From IMG/VR virus record IMGVR_UViG_3300017706_000666, positions 1 through 58,876 of that record: DNA of 58,876 nt. The stretch is one strand, 5' to 3'. The translations under genes were made by a program, and so were the position numbers. The notes beneath the pieces are model-generated. The model had not been told where the DNA came from. It did not search any database and saw only the letters and a list, made by a program, of their open reading frames with translations. Numbering within the stretch: position 1 is the stretch's first letter; each line of letters starts with the position of its first letter. This stretch comes from a virus. Lineage: Duplodnaviria; Caudoviricetes. Positions 36,848-45,416 of the stretch are shown here, one piece after another.

Positions 36848-36904
36848 CGTCCATTAACAACCTGAGCACAATAACAGCAAACCTGCCGCGTTATTACTAT
36901 AGAA
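36844..36904 (+). promoter_or_regulatory. Early promoter with TTAAC boxes
   Basis: TTAACG(36844), TTAACA(36854), CACAAT(36867)-N16-CGTTATTACTATAGAA. Confidence 0.8.
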
Positions 36905-36929
36905 GAAGTTCAATTCAAATCTTAATAAA

Positions 36930-38195
36930 ATGACCGAAGTAAAATTCAACATCGACATCGAGACAGACATGATGTCCATCGCTCAAAGCATAGTAGCCAA
37001 CAACTGCTTGGACCTCGTGAAGTGTAAGTACACCTTCAAGAAAGCCCTGTCCGTGGCTTTCTACAACAAGCACAAGGACTCCATGGGCCACTGCAACTTG
37101 CGCATCTGGAACGTAAGCACTGAAGAGGTGGCTGAGCTCAAGGCAGAGCTTTTACCAGAGGGGCTCACGGAACTTGGGCGGTCAGTTCGCCAGCGTATGG
37201 AGAAGCAAATCATAGAGGAGTCAGGTAAGCGATACGCTCACATTGGAGGCTCTGAGATGAAGCAGTTCCAAGATGCCATCGACGTGGCCTTCGGAGTGGA
37301 TACATCGCCGCAGAGCGGACGCAAGTTCGACTACAGCTACGAGTTCAACAGAGTCATTGAATGCTTGGACGACATCGAGTCCCACGGACTCTACACACGA
37401 CTCGACCAAGACATAGTTGAAGATTGCAACACCCGTGCACGTCGCAAGTTCAAGCGTGGTCGCTTACTCAAGAAGGACACCCTGAAGGGCCTCGATGCCA
37501 GCGCGTACACCATCAACGTGGACGCAGTTGTGCAGGACCACCCAGACATCATGGATGGCATCAAGGTCGTCCCTCCTGTTCTCCGTCTCTCTAAAGAGCA
37601 AGGTGACACTGAGTTCCAGATGAACCGCGTCTTGCCTGATGGCACCGAGAAGTACATGACGTACCCGAACAATCTGTTCGCCGCCGTCAACGAGCTGGGC
37701 AGTATGCTCAAGCGCCGAGAGGCTGGGGCTATCAAGAAGGCCACCGAGAACGCCGCTCAGGGCCGTGACCTCAGAGAGGACAACGGATTCTACACCAACG
37801 AGGAACTCGCTATCCTGTTGCAGGGTGTTGAGGTCCCTGAGGAGCAGACCTACGCCGTCATCGACACAGGCAAGCTCAACGAGTACAGCTGTAGTCGTCT
37901 GGTGACTGACGCAGAACGCCACGCTGTTGTGGAGGAGCTGTTCGCCGCTGGTCGCAACCCCATCATCGTCAAGAGTGGTATGACCCACGCCAAGGCGAAG
38001 AAGGTAGAGGCCAAGCTCCAGCGTTCCGCCGCCCTTGCCTCGAAGCAGAAGAATGTCTGCGAGCGTATCACCTCTCTGCGTGAGAAGCTAGAGGATTTGG
38101 TCAAGGAGAACAGGAACTTGTCGGAGTCCAAGTCTGCCAACGACGAAGAGATGATGGAGCTAATTAACAATGCTTCACAAGTCAGCGCACAATAA
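36930..38195 (+). CDS. Early protein of unknown function, 421 aa, C-terminal coiled coil
   Basis: Long ORF with strong codon bias; no recognised motif. Confidence 0.8.
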   Translation: MTEVKFNIDIETDMMSIAQSIVANNCLDLVKCKYTFKKALSVAFYNKHKDSMGHCNLRIWNVSTEEVAELKAELLPEGLTELGRSVRQRMEKQIIEESGKRYAHIGGSEMKQFQDAIDVAFGVDTSPQSGRKFDYSYEFNRVIECLDDIESHGLYTRLDQDIVEDCNTRARRKFKRGRLLKKDTLKGLDASAYTINVDAVVQDHPDIMDGIKVVPPVLRLSKEQGDTEFQMNRVLPDGTEKYMTYPNNLFAAVNELGSMLKRREAGAIKKATENAAQGRDLREDNGFYTNEELAILLQGVEVPEEQTYAVIDTGKLNEYSCSRLVTDAERHAVVEELFAAGRNPIIVKSGMTHAKAKKVEAKLQRSAALASKQKNVCERITSLREKLEDLVKENRNLSESKSANDEEMMELINNASQVSAQ

Positions 38196-38225
38196 CAAGG
38201 AAAGTCCTGCGTTATTACTGTAGAA
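38164..38225 (+). promoter_or_regulatory. Early promoter overlapping the end of the 421-aa gene
   Basis: TTAACA(38164), TTCACA(38174), CACAAT(38188)-N16-CGTTATTACTGTAGAA. Confidence 0.75.
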
Positions 38226-38247
38226 ACCACATGAAAAACACATCATC

Positions 38248-38505
38248 ATGAGCAACATTGTGAAGACAACCAAGGATGGATGGGGCGTGAGCCCCGCCAT
38301 CGAACAAACCGCCCGCACCTACGACACCTTCGGGCACCTGTTCTACGAAATCAGGAACTGCGTCCGCAAAATGACCCCGGACGAGATGATTACCGAACTC
38401 CGGTACTTCGTCCAGTGTCTGGTTGAAGAAATCGACAACGCAGAGAGCGAGGTCGGTGGCCTTGAATACGAAACCATAGAAGAGTGTGACGATGATGAAG
38501 GTTAA
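38248..38505 (+). CDS. Early hypothetical acidic protein
   Basis: ORF after the promoter. Confidence 0.65.
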   Translation: MSNIVKTTKDGWGVSPAIEQTARTYDTFGHLFYEIRNCVRKMTPDEMITELRYFVQCLVEEIDNAESEVGGLEYETIEECDDDEG

Positions 38506-38725
38506 GGCATTCATGACTCCACACCGAGAGCTAGCTCAACAGATTCTCTTCTTTGAGGAAGGCAAGCTAGACGTGGACCAAACCCTTGACCTGTTCTCCG
38601 TCCTGATTCAGAACGGCATGGCATGGACACTTCAAGGTAGCTACGGTCGAATGGCACGCCATCTCATCGACCAAAAAAGTTTATCCGAGGATGGCACAAT
38701 AACCCACGAGTTCCTGCCGTTCTAA
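38492..38725 (+). CDS. Conserved phage early protein (GxAWxLQGxYGR family)
   Basis: LFSVLIQNGMAWTLQGSYGRMARHLI motif, common in phage early regions. Confidence 0.7.
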   Translation: MMKVKAFMTPHRELAQQILFFEEGKLDVDQTLDLFSVLIQNGMAWTLQGSYGRMARHLIDQKSLSEDGTITHEFLPF

Positions 38726-38745
38726 TTACAGAAACCCCAATCAAA

Positions 38746-38985
38746 ATGAGTGTATTCGATAAGACCCCACGACCCTTCGAGGTCCAGATGAACAAGGCCA
38801 CCGAGTCCGGTGTGCTCAAGATTCAAATCGGTGAGCTGGAGCTCAGCATCACCACCCTCAACGGCGTGAACGAAGCCGTCGTCTTCTCCAAGAGCGGAGA
38901 CCAAGTCACACAGCGCACGTTTGCCGACTTCAATGATGTCATCTCCTTCTTCTGGAAGTTGGAGCACATTGATATAGACGGATGA
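38746..38985 (+). CDS. Early hypothetical protein
   Basis: A-rich leader, codon bias. Confidence 0.65.
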   Translation: MSVFDKTPRPFEVQMNKATESGVLKIQIGELELSITTLNGVNEAVVFSKSGDQVTQRTFADFNDVISFFWKLEHIDIDG

Positions 38986-39016
38986 CATGAGAGATAAAAA
39001 TTTTTCTGATGCCATG

Positions 39017-39053
39017 TGCAATATTGGTTGGCTTGGCATCGTTATAACATTGA
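39017..39053 (+). promoter_or_regulatory. Early promoter variant TGCAAT-N17-CGTTA
   Basis: Degenerate copy of the repeated motif. Confidence 0.55.
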
Positions 39054-39075
39054 TAGTCATTTTAATCCAATCAAC

Positions 39076-39282
39076 ATGCTAACAGCAGACACCCCTCCAA
39101 GAGAACGCAACACGTTCAAGCAACAGGACACTGAGACAATCTGTTCCTCCTTTCTTCAAGCCTGTCGCCAGTACGACATGGGAAAGCTAACGCCAGACCA
39201 ATTCACACAGCGTTGTATGCGTATCAACGACGACGCAGAGAACTACGGACTGACAGACTCATTAAAGGACTGGGAAACATGA
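39076..39282 (+). CDS. Hypothetical protein
   Basis: ATG after the promoter and an A/T-rich leader. Confidence 0.55.
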   Translation: MLTADTPPRERNTFKQQDTETICSSFLQACRQYDMGKLTPDQFTQRCMRINDDAENYGLTDSLKDWET

Positions 39283-39491
39283 GTTTGAGAAAAAAGTTCA
39301 CAAGTAAAGTGTTAAAACTGTTGAAAGTTTCACACATGTTCCCGAACTTCGCAAAACAAGCGAACGAGGAGCGCAAACAATTCGTCAAGCTGTTGCAACA
39401 CCAGAGCCTAATGCTCGACGAGTACGAAAACTTAGTTGCTGAGTACGACGAGCAACTCAATAAAGAAACCCAAATTCAATCCAATGAGTGA
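39279..39491 (+). CDS. Coiled-coil hypothetical protein
   Basis: ATGA coupling. Confidence 0.5.
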   Translation: MSLRKKFTSKVLKLLKVSHMFPNFAKQANEERKQFVKLLQHQSLMLDEYENLVAEYDEQLNKETQIQSNE

Positions 39492-40017
39492 TTACAAATT
39501 CAAGACCACGAACATACGTGGCAAGGCATACGTCGATGTAAGCGAGCGTGTCAAATTCTTCCGTCAAGAAGAGCAATACAAGAACTGGACCATCTCCACA
39601 GAGGTAACGATGTTGGATGACAAGGACGAGTGCATCTGCAAGACCATCATCGCCGACCCCGAACAACGTGTCATCGCAACAGGACTTGCTCACGAGGTCA
39701 AGTCTGCCAGCAACATCAACAAGACGAGCTACGTAGAGAACTGCGAGACGTCAGCTGTAGGACGCGCACTCGCCATGCTTGGAATCGGAATCGATGTAAG
39801 CATTGCATCAGCAAACGAGGTCAAGGAAGCTATCGCTAAGCAAAACGTCAGCGAGGACACGACTGAAGCAGACTACCAAAAAGCAGTGACCTACCTGAAG
39901 AACTCAGAGGACGTGGTCGAGGCGTGGAAGAAAATTAGCAAGCAATCGAAGACGATGTTCTCAAAGGAGAAGTTTGACAGACTTCAAGCGTTTGCAGTAG
40001 AAAAATCCAAGTCCTGA
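39484..40017 (+). CDS. Rad52/Sak-like single-strand annealing protein
   Basis: IRGKAYVDVSER, ATGLAHE, ENCETSAVGRALAMLGIG; adjacent exonuclease. Confidence 0.7.
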   Translation: MSDYKFKTTNIRGKAYVDVSERVKFFRQEEQYKNWTISTEVTMLDDKDECICKTIIADPEQRVIATGLAHEVKSASNINKTSYVENCETSAVGRALAMLGIGIDVSIASANEVKEAIAKQNVSEDTTEADYQKAVTYLKNSEDVVEAWKKISKQSKTMFSKEKFDRLQAFAVEKSKS

Positions 40018-40781
40018 TGCTGAGTATTAAGCTAGCAGAATCAGTAGGCAAGGGCCACCTGTCCTACAGCTCCATTAAGTATGCGCTTCAAGACATGAAG
40101 CTATGGGAGATGTACATGAGGGGTCAGCTCTTCAAGGAAAGCGATGCACTGACCTTCGGTAGCATGTACGACTGCCTACTCTTCACTCCAGAGGATTTCG
40201 ATAAGCAATTCATGGTGCTCAATGACAGCTCCAAGTGTGAGGAGATAGGTGGTCGTGCGCCACGCATGACCAACAAGTACAAGGCTTGGGCTAAGGACTT
40301 TCAAGAAGAGGCAGACCAGAAAGGTCTCAAGCTCATTGGCGAGGACGACTTTCAGAAAGCCAAGGAGATGATTGAAAGGCTGAAGGTCAGTGGGGTCTTA
40401 GAAACATACCTCATCGGCAACTACCAGCACGAGTTCAATGAGCAAATCAACGGCGTTCCGGTAAGAGGATTCCTTGATTGCCTGAACGAGAATTACATCA
40501 GTGACCACAAGACCACTCGTGGACTGAAACAGTTTAGGTACGCTGTTAGAGATTACGGATACGACATCCAAGCGTACATCTACTGTACAGTGCTCGGACT
40601 TGACACCTTCTACTGGGTGGCTCAGGAAAAGAGCTATCCGTATGCCATCGGAGTTTACCAAGCAAGTGAAGAGACGTTGGTCTCAGGTCAGGAGAAGTTC
40701 AATAAAGCGGTCGATAGAATTAATCGCTATCTGGACAATAACCTGAAGACTGACACGTTCTTCATAAAAGGAATGATTTAA
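40017..40781 (+). CDS. PD-(D/E)XK exonuclease (RecE/ExoVIII, DUF3799-like)
   Basis: LSYSSIK, FGS, RGFLDCL, DHKTT, YGYDIQAYIY, EKSYPY. Confidence 0.8.
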   Translation: MLSIKLAESVGKGHLSYSSIKYALQDMKLWEMYMRGQLFKESDALTFGSMYDCLLFTPEDFDKQFMVLNDSSKCEEIGGRAPRMTNKYKAWAKDFQEEADQKGLKLIGEDDFQKAKEMIERLKVSGVLETYLIGNYQHEFNEQINGVPVRGFLDCLNENYISDHKTTRGLKQFRYAVRDYGYDIQAYIYCTVLGLDTFYWVAQEKSYPYAIGVYQASEETLVSGQEKFNKAVDRINRYLDNNLKTDTFFIKGMI

Positions 40782-40782
40782 A

Positions 40783-41049
40783 ATGACACTACAACAACTC
40801 ATCAACAAGGCCAACCTCCACTTTGGAGTGGATGTGTCCTCACCAGCTAGCTTCAGTCAAGATTCATTCGAGGCGCGTTGCCTGACCACGTACTACGCAA
40901 TCACACAAATGAAGGCTACGTACAATGACTTGTCAAAGGCGATGCAGTCTGATAGAAACGAGCTCCGCTTGATGTGGTTGTATGCAGAAGGAAATCTCGG
41001 CGTCGTGAACAAGCGCCGTGAATACAAAGCGTTCACAAACACCCTTTAA
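40783..41049 (+). CDS. Degenerate DnaA-domain-IV-like HTH protein
   Basis: LINKANLHFGVD...EARCLTTYY...YNDLSKAM..DR pattern. Confidence 0.45.
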   Translation: MTLQQLINKANLHFGVDVSSPASFSQDSFEARCLTTYYAITQMKATYNDLSKAMQSDRNELRLMWLYAEGNLGVVNKRREYKAFTNTL

Positions 41050-41061
41050 TTTTTTCATACC

Positions 41062-41322
41062 ATGGCTGATAACAGCAACGTGTATGCGGGATACACAGAA
41101 TCCCCGCGAGTCCAACAGCGTATCTCTTTCACAACGGAAGAGCTTGACAACCTCAAGCAGTACGCTACTGAGAAAGGACGTGTCTATTTGACCGTCGTGT
41201 CAGTCCCACATAAGGACGACAACAGAAAGATGAAAGCCTTTTGTGAGGTCTATGACCCCAATGCTCCCAAAGAGCAAGACAGAAAGGCAAACGCAATGAC
41301 TACCACCGAGGTTCCGTTCTAA
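41062..41322 (+). CDS. Putative single-stranded DNA-binding protein
   Basis: Short beta-rich protein ending in EVPF, in the recombination module. Confidence 0.6.
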   Translation: MADNSNVYAGYTESPRVQQRISFTTEELDNLKQYATEKGRVYLTVVSVPHKDDNRKMKAFCEVYDPNAPKEQDRKANAMTTTEVPF

Positions 41323-41386
41323 GGTTTCACGGAGATTACTAGTCGAGGGTCACCGACACCCTTACTTTGTTGACTAGTCATTGTCT

Positions 41387-41426
41387 GGGGGGAGGTTCGA
41401 TGTGTGTATCCTCCCCCCTTTCTTTT
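41387..41426 (+). terminator. Rho-independent terminator-like hairpin
   Basis: GGGGGGAGG/CCTCCCCCC stem followed by TTTCTTTT. Confidence 0.6.
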
Positions 41427-41500
41427 GCCTCCGTAGCTCAGTCGGATAGAGCATCTGCCTTCTAAGCAGACGGTCACAGGTTCGATTCCTGTCGGAGGTA
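41427..41500 (+). tRNA. trnR-UCU: tRNA-Arg (anticodon UCU)
   Basis: Acceptor GCCTCCG/CGGAGGT, D arm TAGCTCAGTCGGATAGAGC, anticodon arm TCTGC-CTTCTAA-GCAGA, T arm GGTTCGATTCC; no encoded CCA. Confidence 0.95.
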
Positions 41501-41501
41501 C

Positions 41502-41702
41502 TTGCCGCCCCCATCTAGTCCTCACGGATTAAGAACTCTACCTTGTCGGGTGAGGTGGGGCAACCAGTCAAAGAGTTTATGGTCCGCGTTGTGGGCGGGT
41601 AATGAGTAAACGCCAGAACTCTATAGATTAAATCGGGCCGTGAGGCCGAAGGACATTATCCCGTTATGGTTGCCAAAGACTGACGGCTCGGAAAGACGAG
41701 CA
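41502..41702 (+). ncRNA. Candidate structured RNA downstream of the tRNA, ending in a GCTCG-GAAAGA-CGAGC hairpin
   Basis: No ORF; several stems (see findings). Confidence 0.45.
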
Positions 41703-41732
41703 CTTCTTCGAACTTAAATAAACCTACTATAA

Positions 41733-42347
41733 ATGAACATCTTTCAAGAGACATGGGATGAATACCTGAAGGTCATCAAGCATCCACATGAAGACAACAG
41801 GAAGAGACACAACGTTGAGTGCAGAGCCGCCTTCACAAATGCATGCACTCATTTCTTTCACAACGATGACATATCGGCACTATGGAAAAAAGACAGGACC
41901 ACAGTGTATCACTACATTAGCAGTCATGAAACATACTATCGTTACAGCAAGGACTACAGGGAGTGGTTCAATGCCGCAACGGATGTCGTTTCAAGGAAGG
42001 TAGAGGATGTTGACTTGAATTACTTAAACGAGCAAGCCAAGAATAAATTAGGAGCCCATGAGCAAATTGATAGCATCCAAGGAACAATCAAAGTCCTCCA
42101 AAACGTCCTCAGTAAAATCCAAAACTCCGTACGAAGAGGTAAATCATCCAAGCCACTACCGAACCGGGGGCAAGGAGGTGTACCAAATGATGAAGGACAT
42201 TTGGGGAGTAGACTTATACATCGCCTTCTGCGAGATGAACAGCTTCAAGTATCGGATGAGGGCGGGCAAGAAGCAAGGCCAGACGATGGAGAAGGACATG
42301 CAGAAAGCACGGTGGTACGAGGACCAAGTAATGGCGTTGAGGAATGA
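41733..42347 (+). CDS. DnaA-domain-IV-like HTH protein
   Basis: NRKRHNVECRAAF...DISALWKKDRTTVYHY. Confidence 0.6.
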   Translation: MNIFQETWDEYLKVIKHPHEDNRKRHNVECRAAFTNACTHFFHNDDISALWKKDRTTVYHYISSHETYYRYSKDYREWFNAATDVVSRKVEDVDLNYLNEQAKNKLGAHEQIDSIQGTIKVLQNVLSKIQNSVRRGKSSKPLPNRGQGGVPNDEGHLGSRLIHRLLRDEQLQVSDEGGQEARPDDGEGHAESTVVRGPSNGVEE

Positions 42348-42435
42348 AGGACAAGAAGGTAACCATCTACCCAACCATCTATCGCACACAGGAGGCAGTA
42401 GTAACAACGTTAGATACGGTTCTAACGAGGATTAA
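42058..42435 (+). CDS. DUF3310 / T7 gp1.7-like nucleotide kinase domain protein
   Basis: VNHPSHY, FCEMNSFKYRMRAGKK, DMQKARWY; overlaps both neighbours. Confidence 0.75.
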   Translation: MSKLIASKEQSKSSKTSSVKSKTPYEEVNHPSHYRTGGKEVYQMMKDIWGVDLYIAFCEMNSFKYRMRAGKKQGQTMEKDMQKARWYEDQVMALRNEGQEGNHLPNHLSHTGGSSNNVRYGSNED

Positions 42436-44140
42436 ACAGGGCAGGAGTAAAGAGCAGGTCACCAACGTTAGAGACGGTGACAAAACCGCCAAGCAAAAAC
42501 TACCAGCGGTATGTTTTAGTGGCATATTCAGGGACGGCAAACGAAACGATGATGCGTTGATGTATCACAGTGGTCTTGTTGTCCTAGATTTTGACCATGT
42601 TGATGTTGACCGGACCAAGAAGGCACTTACCGCAAACAAATACATTGCCGCTTGCTGGGTGTCGCCAAGTGGTGATGGAGTAAAGGCTCTAGTTGAGGTC
42701 ACGAACACGGAGAAACACCGTGAGCATTACCGCTCTCTTAAGAAGTACTTCGACGAGCAGTATGGGCTTGAGCTAGATAGCACTGGCGAGAATGAGTCGA
42801 GGGCTTGCTTTGAGAGCTTCGACCCTGAGCTTGTATTCAAAACAGACTACGAGAGATACGGAGGCATGCTTTCGGAACGGTCTGAACAACAGGAGATAAA
42901 GGATATCGGTGAGAAGACGGACTACATGAAGGTAAACATTGCCTCCATGATGATTCGTAAAGCAGAGGAGGGGGAGAAGCACAACGTGCTAGTCAAAGCG
43001 GCAACCCTGCTCGGAGGATTTGTAGCGTCCGGTATCGTCGAGGAGTCTGTTGCCTTCTGGGTTCTGGAAAGAGAGATTGCGAAGAGAGATGTGCGTGACT
43101 TGGATGCCGCAAAGAAGAGCATTAGGGAAGGCATTGAGAACGGGAAGAAGCTACCCATATCAGAGGTCCTCAACAACGAAGACCGCATCCGGAGGGAGAT
43201 GAAGTTGACCGATGGAGACATGAGCTTTGTCTCTAGCGACAACGTTGACTACGATTGGATAGAGCGGTACGTGGCAGGGGATATACCTGTCGGCCTATCG
43301 ACTGGCAACGAGTATCTCGACAACAACTTTGTTTTCAAGAAGGAGTTTGTCATGATAAATGGGCACAGCAACATTGGCAAGACGACCTTCGCTTTGTGGA
43401 TGATGGTCGCCAGCTCAATCAATCACAACTGGAGGTGGGTCATCTATTCAAGTGAGAACCGCACCGCCGCCATCAAAATGAAGCTGATGACGTTTGCGTT
43501 GAACAAGCAGATTGGCATTACCACATATCAAGAAAGAAAGAAGGCGCGTGAATGGGTGGAGAAGCACTTCGTTGTGATTGACAACAGTCAGGTGTATAGC
43601 TACACAGACATCATACTTTTTTGTGAGAAGATTCACAGGCAAAATCCTATCGACGGTCTCTTCATTGACCCGTACAATAGCCTGAAGATTGAGATGTCCG
43701 CTGGCCGTGGCGTTGGTGTTCACGAATACCACTACGAGGCCGCCAGTGAGTTCTTGACCTTCAGTAACAATCTTGACATTGCCGTGTGGGTCAACGCTCA
43801 CAGTGTAACTGAGTCTCAACGACGCAAGGGGGACGACGGCCTACCCATCGCGCCCTTCGCAGAGGACACGGAGCACGGAGGCAAGTGGGTCAACAGAAGT
43901 GATTGCTTCATAACCCTTCACCGAAAAATCCAAAGCCCCGACCCGCTACAGAGAAGGAGTATTGAGATGCATGTAAGGAAAGTAAGGGAGACTGATACTG
44001 GTGGGAAGCCAACGCCTTACGGGGAGCCTTTGATGTTTGAATTCAATAGCACACAGAGCGGATATATGATGATGAAACCAAATACAAAACTGTTCACAAG
44101 CCTTGGTGAACAACTTGTTGGCAAACAAACCTCCCTTTGA
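42344..44140 (+). CDS. Primase-helicase (BT4734/VirE-N-type primase + DnaB-like helicase)
   Basis: KQKLPAV.FSG.F, SGLVVLDFD, SPSGDGVK, RACFESFDP; Walker A GHSNIGKT, FIDPYN, WVNAH. Confidence 0.85.
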   Translation: MKDKKVTIYPTIYRTQEAVVTTLDTVLTRIKQGRSKEQVTNVRDGDKTAKQKLPAVCFSGIFRDGKRNDDALMYHSGLVVLDFDHVDVDRTKKALTANKYIAACWVSPSGDGVKALVEVTNTEKHREHYRSLKKYFDEQYGLELDSTGENESRACFESFDPELVFKTDYERYGGMLSERSEQQEIKDIGEKTDYMKVNIASMMIRKAEEGEKHNVLVKAATLLGGFVASGIVEESVAFWVLEREIAKRDVRDLDAAKKSIREGIENGKKLPISEVLNNEDRIRREMKLTDGDMSFVSSDNVDYDWIERYVAGDIPVGLSTGNEYLDNNFVFKKEFVMINGHSNIGKTTFALWMMVASSINHNWRWVIYSSENRTAAIKMKLMTFALNKQIGITTYQERKKAREWVEKHFVVIDNSQVYSYTDIILFCEKIHRQNPIDGLFIDPYNSLKIEMSAGRGVGVHEYHYEAASEFLTFSNNLDIAVWVNAHSVTESQRRKGDDGLPIAPFAEDTEHGGKWVNRSDCFITLHRKIQSPDPLQRRSIEMHVRKVRETDTGGKPTPYGEPLMFEFNSTQSGYMMMKPNTKLFTSLGEQLVGKQTSL

Positions 44141-44154
44141 ATGTAAATTGTAAA

Positions 44155-44637
44155 ATGACAAAGCGATACAAAAAGAATCTAACTCGACCACACAAGTCGA
44201 AGAAGAGAAACCTGAGTAGGGGTCGCATTCAAATGAAGTCTACTCTTGAAACGTATTGCTTTGACCAGTTGAAGGCGGCCAAGTTGGACTTCCGATATGA
44301 GCCAGAGACGTTTGAATTGGTCGAGTCATTTAGGTATGAGGGCACATACCACAAGTCTTCAAAGGGTAAGGACGTGATGACAGATGCCACCAATCGGGTG
44401 GTACTGCCAATCAAATACACCCCGGACTTTGTCAGTCATGAGCACAAGTTCATCATTGAAACAAAGGGTTACGTGCCATCACAACACACGTTTCCGTTGA
44501 GATGGAAGCTGTTCCTCCACTACCTGAGAGATAATAACATGGACGACTACATGTTGTTCATTCCAAAAAATAAGAAGCAAGTCGATGAAACGATTCGCAT
44601 AATCAAAAAACACCTCGATGGACAAGGAGAAACTTAG
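44155..44637 (+). CDS. T7 endonuclease I-like Holliday junction resolvase
   Basis: KSTLE, YEP, YTPDF, IIETKG. Confidence 0.75.
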   Translation: MTKRYKKNLTRPHKSKKRNLSRGRIQMKSTLETYCFDQLKAAKLDFRYEPETFELVESFRYEGTYHKSSKGKDVMTDATNRVVLPIKYTPDFVSHEHKFIIETKGYVPSQHTFPLRWKLFLHYLRDNNMDDYMLFIPKNKKQVDETIRIIKKHLDGQGET

Positions 44638-44839
44638 TAGGTTGTACAGCTTCTCCACAACAGAAATACAGAAGCTGACCACCTTGCTCTATGAAGAGCT
44701 ACATGACGACAAGGGCAGCCCCAAGAACGAATGGGAGCCGATGTTGAACGACGTAAGGAAGTACAAGCGCCTTATTATTCTTGAATTGGAAGCAATGAAG
44801 AACGCTTTAAAAGAGTACATAGAAACCACTGATGCCTAG
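44618..44839 (+). CDS. Hypothetical helical protein
   Basis: Overlapping coupled ORF. Confidence 0.6.
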   Translation: MDKEKLSRLYSFSTTEIQKLTTLLYEELHDDKGSPKNEWEPMLNDVRKYKRLIILELEAMKNALKEYIETTDA

Positions 44840-45416
44840 TAGTTTCGTAAAAGACCGTGAGTTTGGCAAGCGTGTAGAGGTTGCGTGGCTTAGGTTTATG
44901 CAAGGCATTACTGGCAGAGACTATGAGCAGTCCGAAGGCTTGGTTGCTGGGTGGGATATTCATGACCTCACGCAGGACCATTACTACGAAGTTAAGTGGG
45001 ACACAAAATCCTGTGCAGTATGGTCGTCGTATGGCTCGGAAAGAAAACCAACCGGGAACCTGTTCATTGAGTACGTAAACCCAAGCAACGAAAAGGAAAC
45101 GGGAATCTGTGTCTCTACATCTAAGTACTGGGTGTACGTTGTAAAGTATTCTCCAGACGTTTTGGTGGAGGAGTCTAGATTCGGTGAGTACAAAGCCATT
45201 GCTCATCTGTTTAACAGGGAGAAGCTGTTGGAGTTCTGTCAATCGCAGAATCTAAACACTCGTGACACGAAGAGAGATGTTGAGAAAGGCAAATCAGCAA
45301 ACGCTCGCGGTTGGATTCTGCCATGGAGTACTATAAACAATGCCAAAAAACAGAGCGGGTGGCTGTCTGATTACGACATCTCTGATTACCTTTCTGTTCC
45401 GATTTTAACTAAATGA
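44832..45416 (+). CDS. PD-(D/E)XK nuclease-fold protein
   Basis: FGKRVE, WDI, YEVKWD, TGNLFIEY, GI..STS.YW. Confidence 0.65.
   Translation: MPSSFVKDREFGKRVEVAWLRFMQGITGRDYEQSEGLVAGWDIHDLTQDHYYEVKWDTKSCAVWSSYGSERKPTGNLFIEYVNPSNEKETGICVSTSKYWVYVVKYSPDVLVEESRFGEYKAIAHLFNREKLLEFCQSQNLNTRDTKRDVEKGKSANARGWILPWSTINNAKKQSGWLSDYDISDYLSVPILTK

Noticed and set aside
35521-38225. Repeated ~60-bp motifs as a CRISPR-like array
   Set aside because: Copies are separated by whole genes at irregular distances, have variable interiors and no cas genes are present; they fit promoters
39310-39351. Possible middle promoter TTG-N20-GAACTTCG with inverted TTAACA-like boxes
   Set aside because: Two mismatches to TAnnTTTG and inside an ORF; too weak to call
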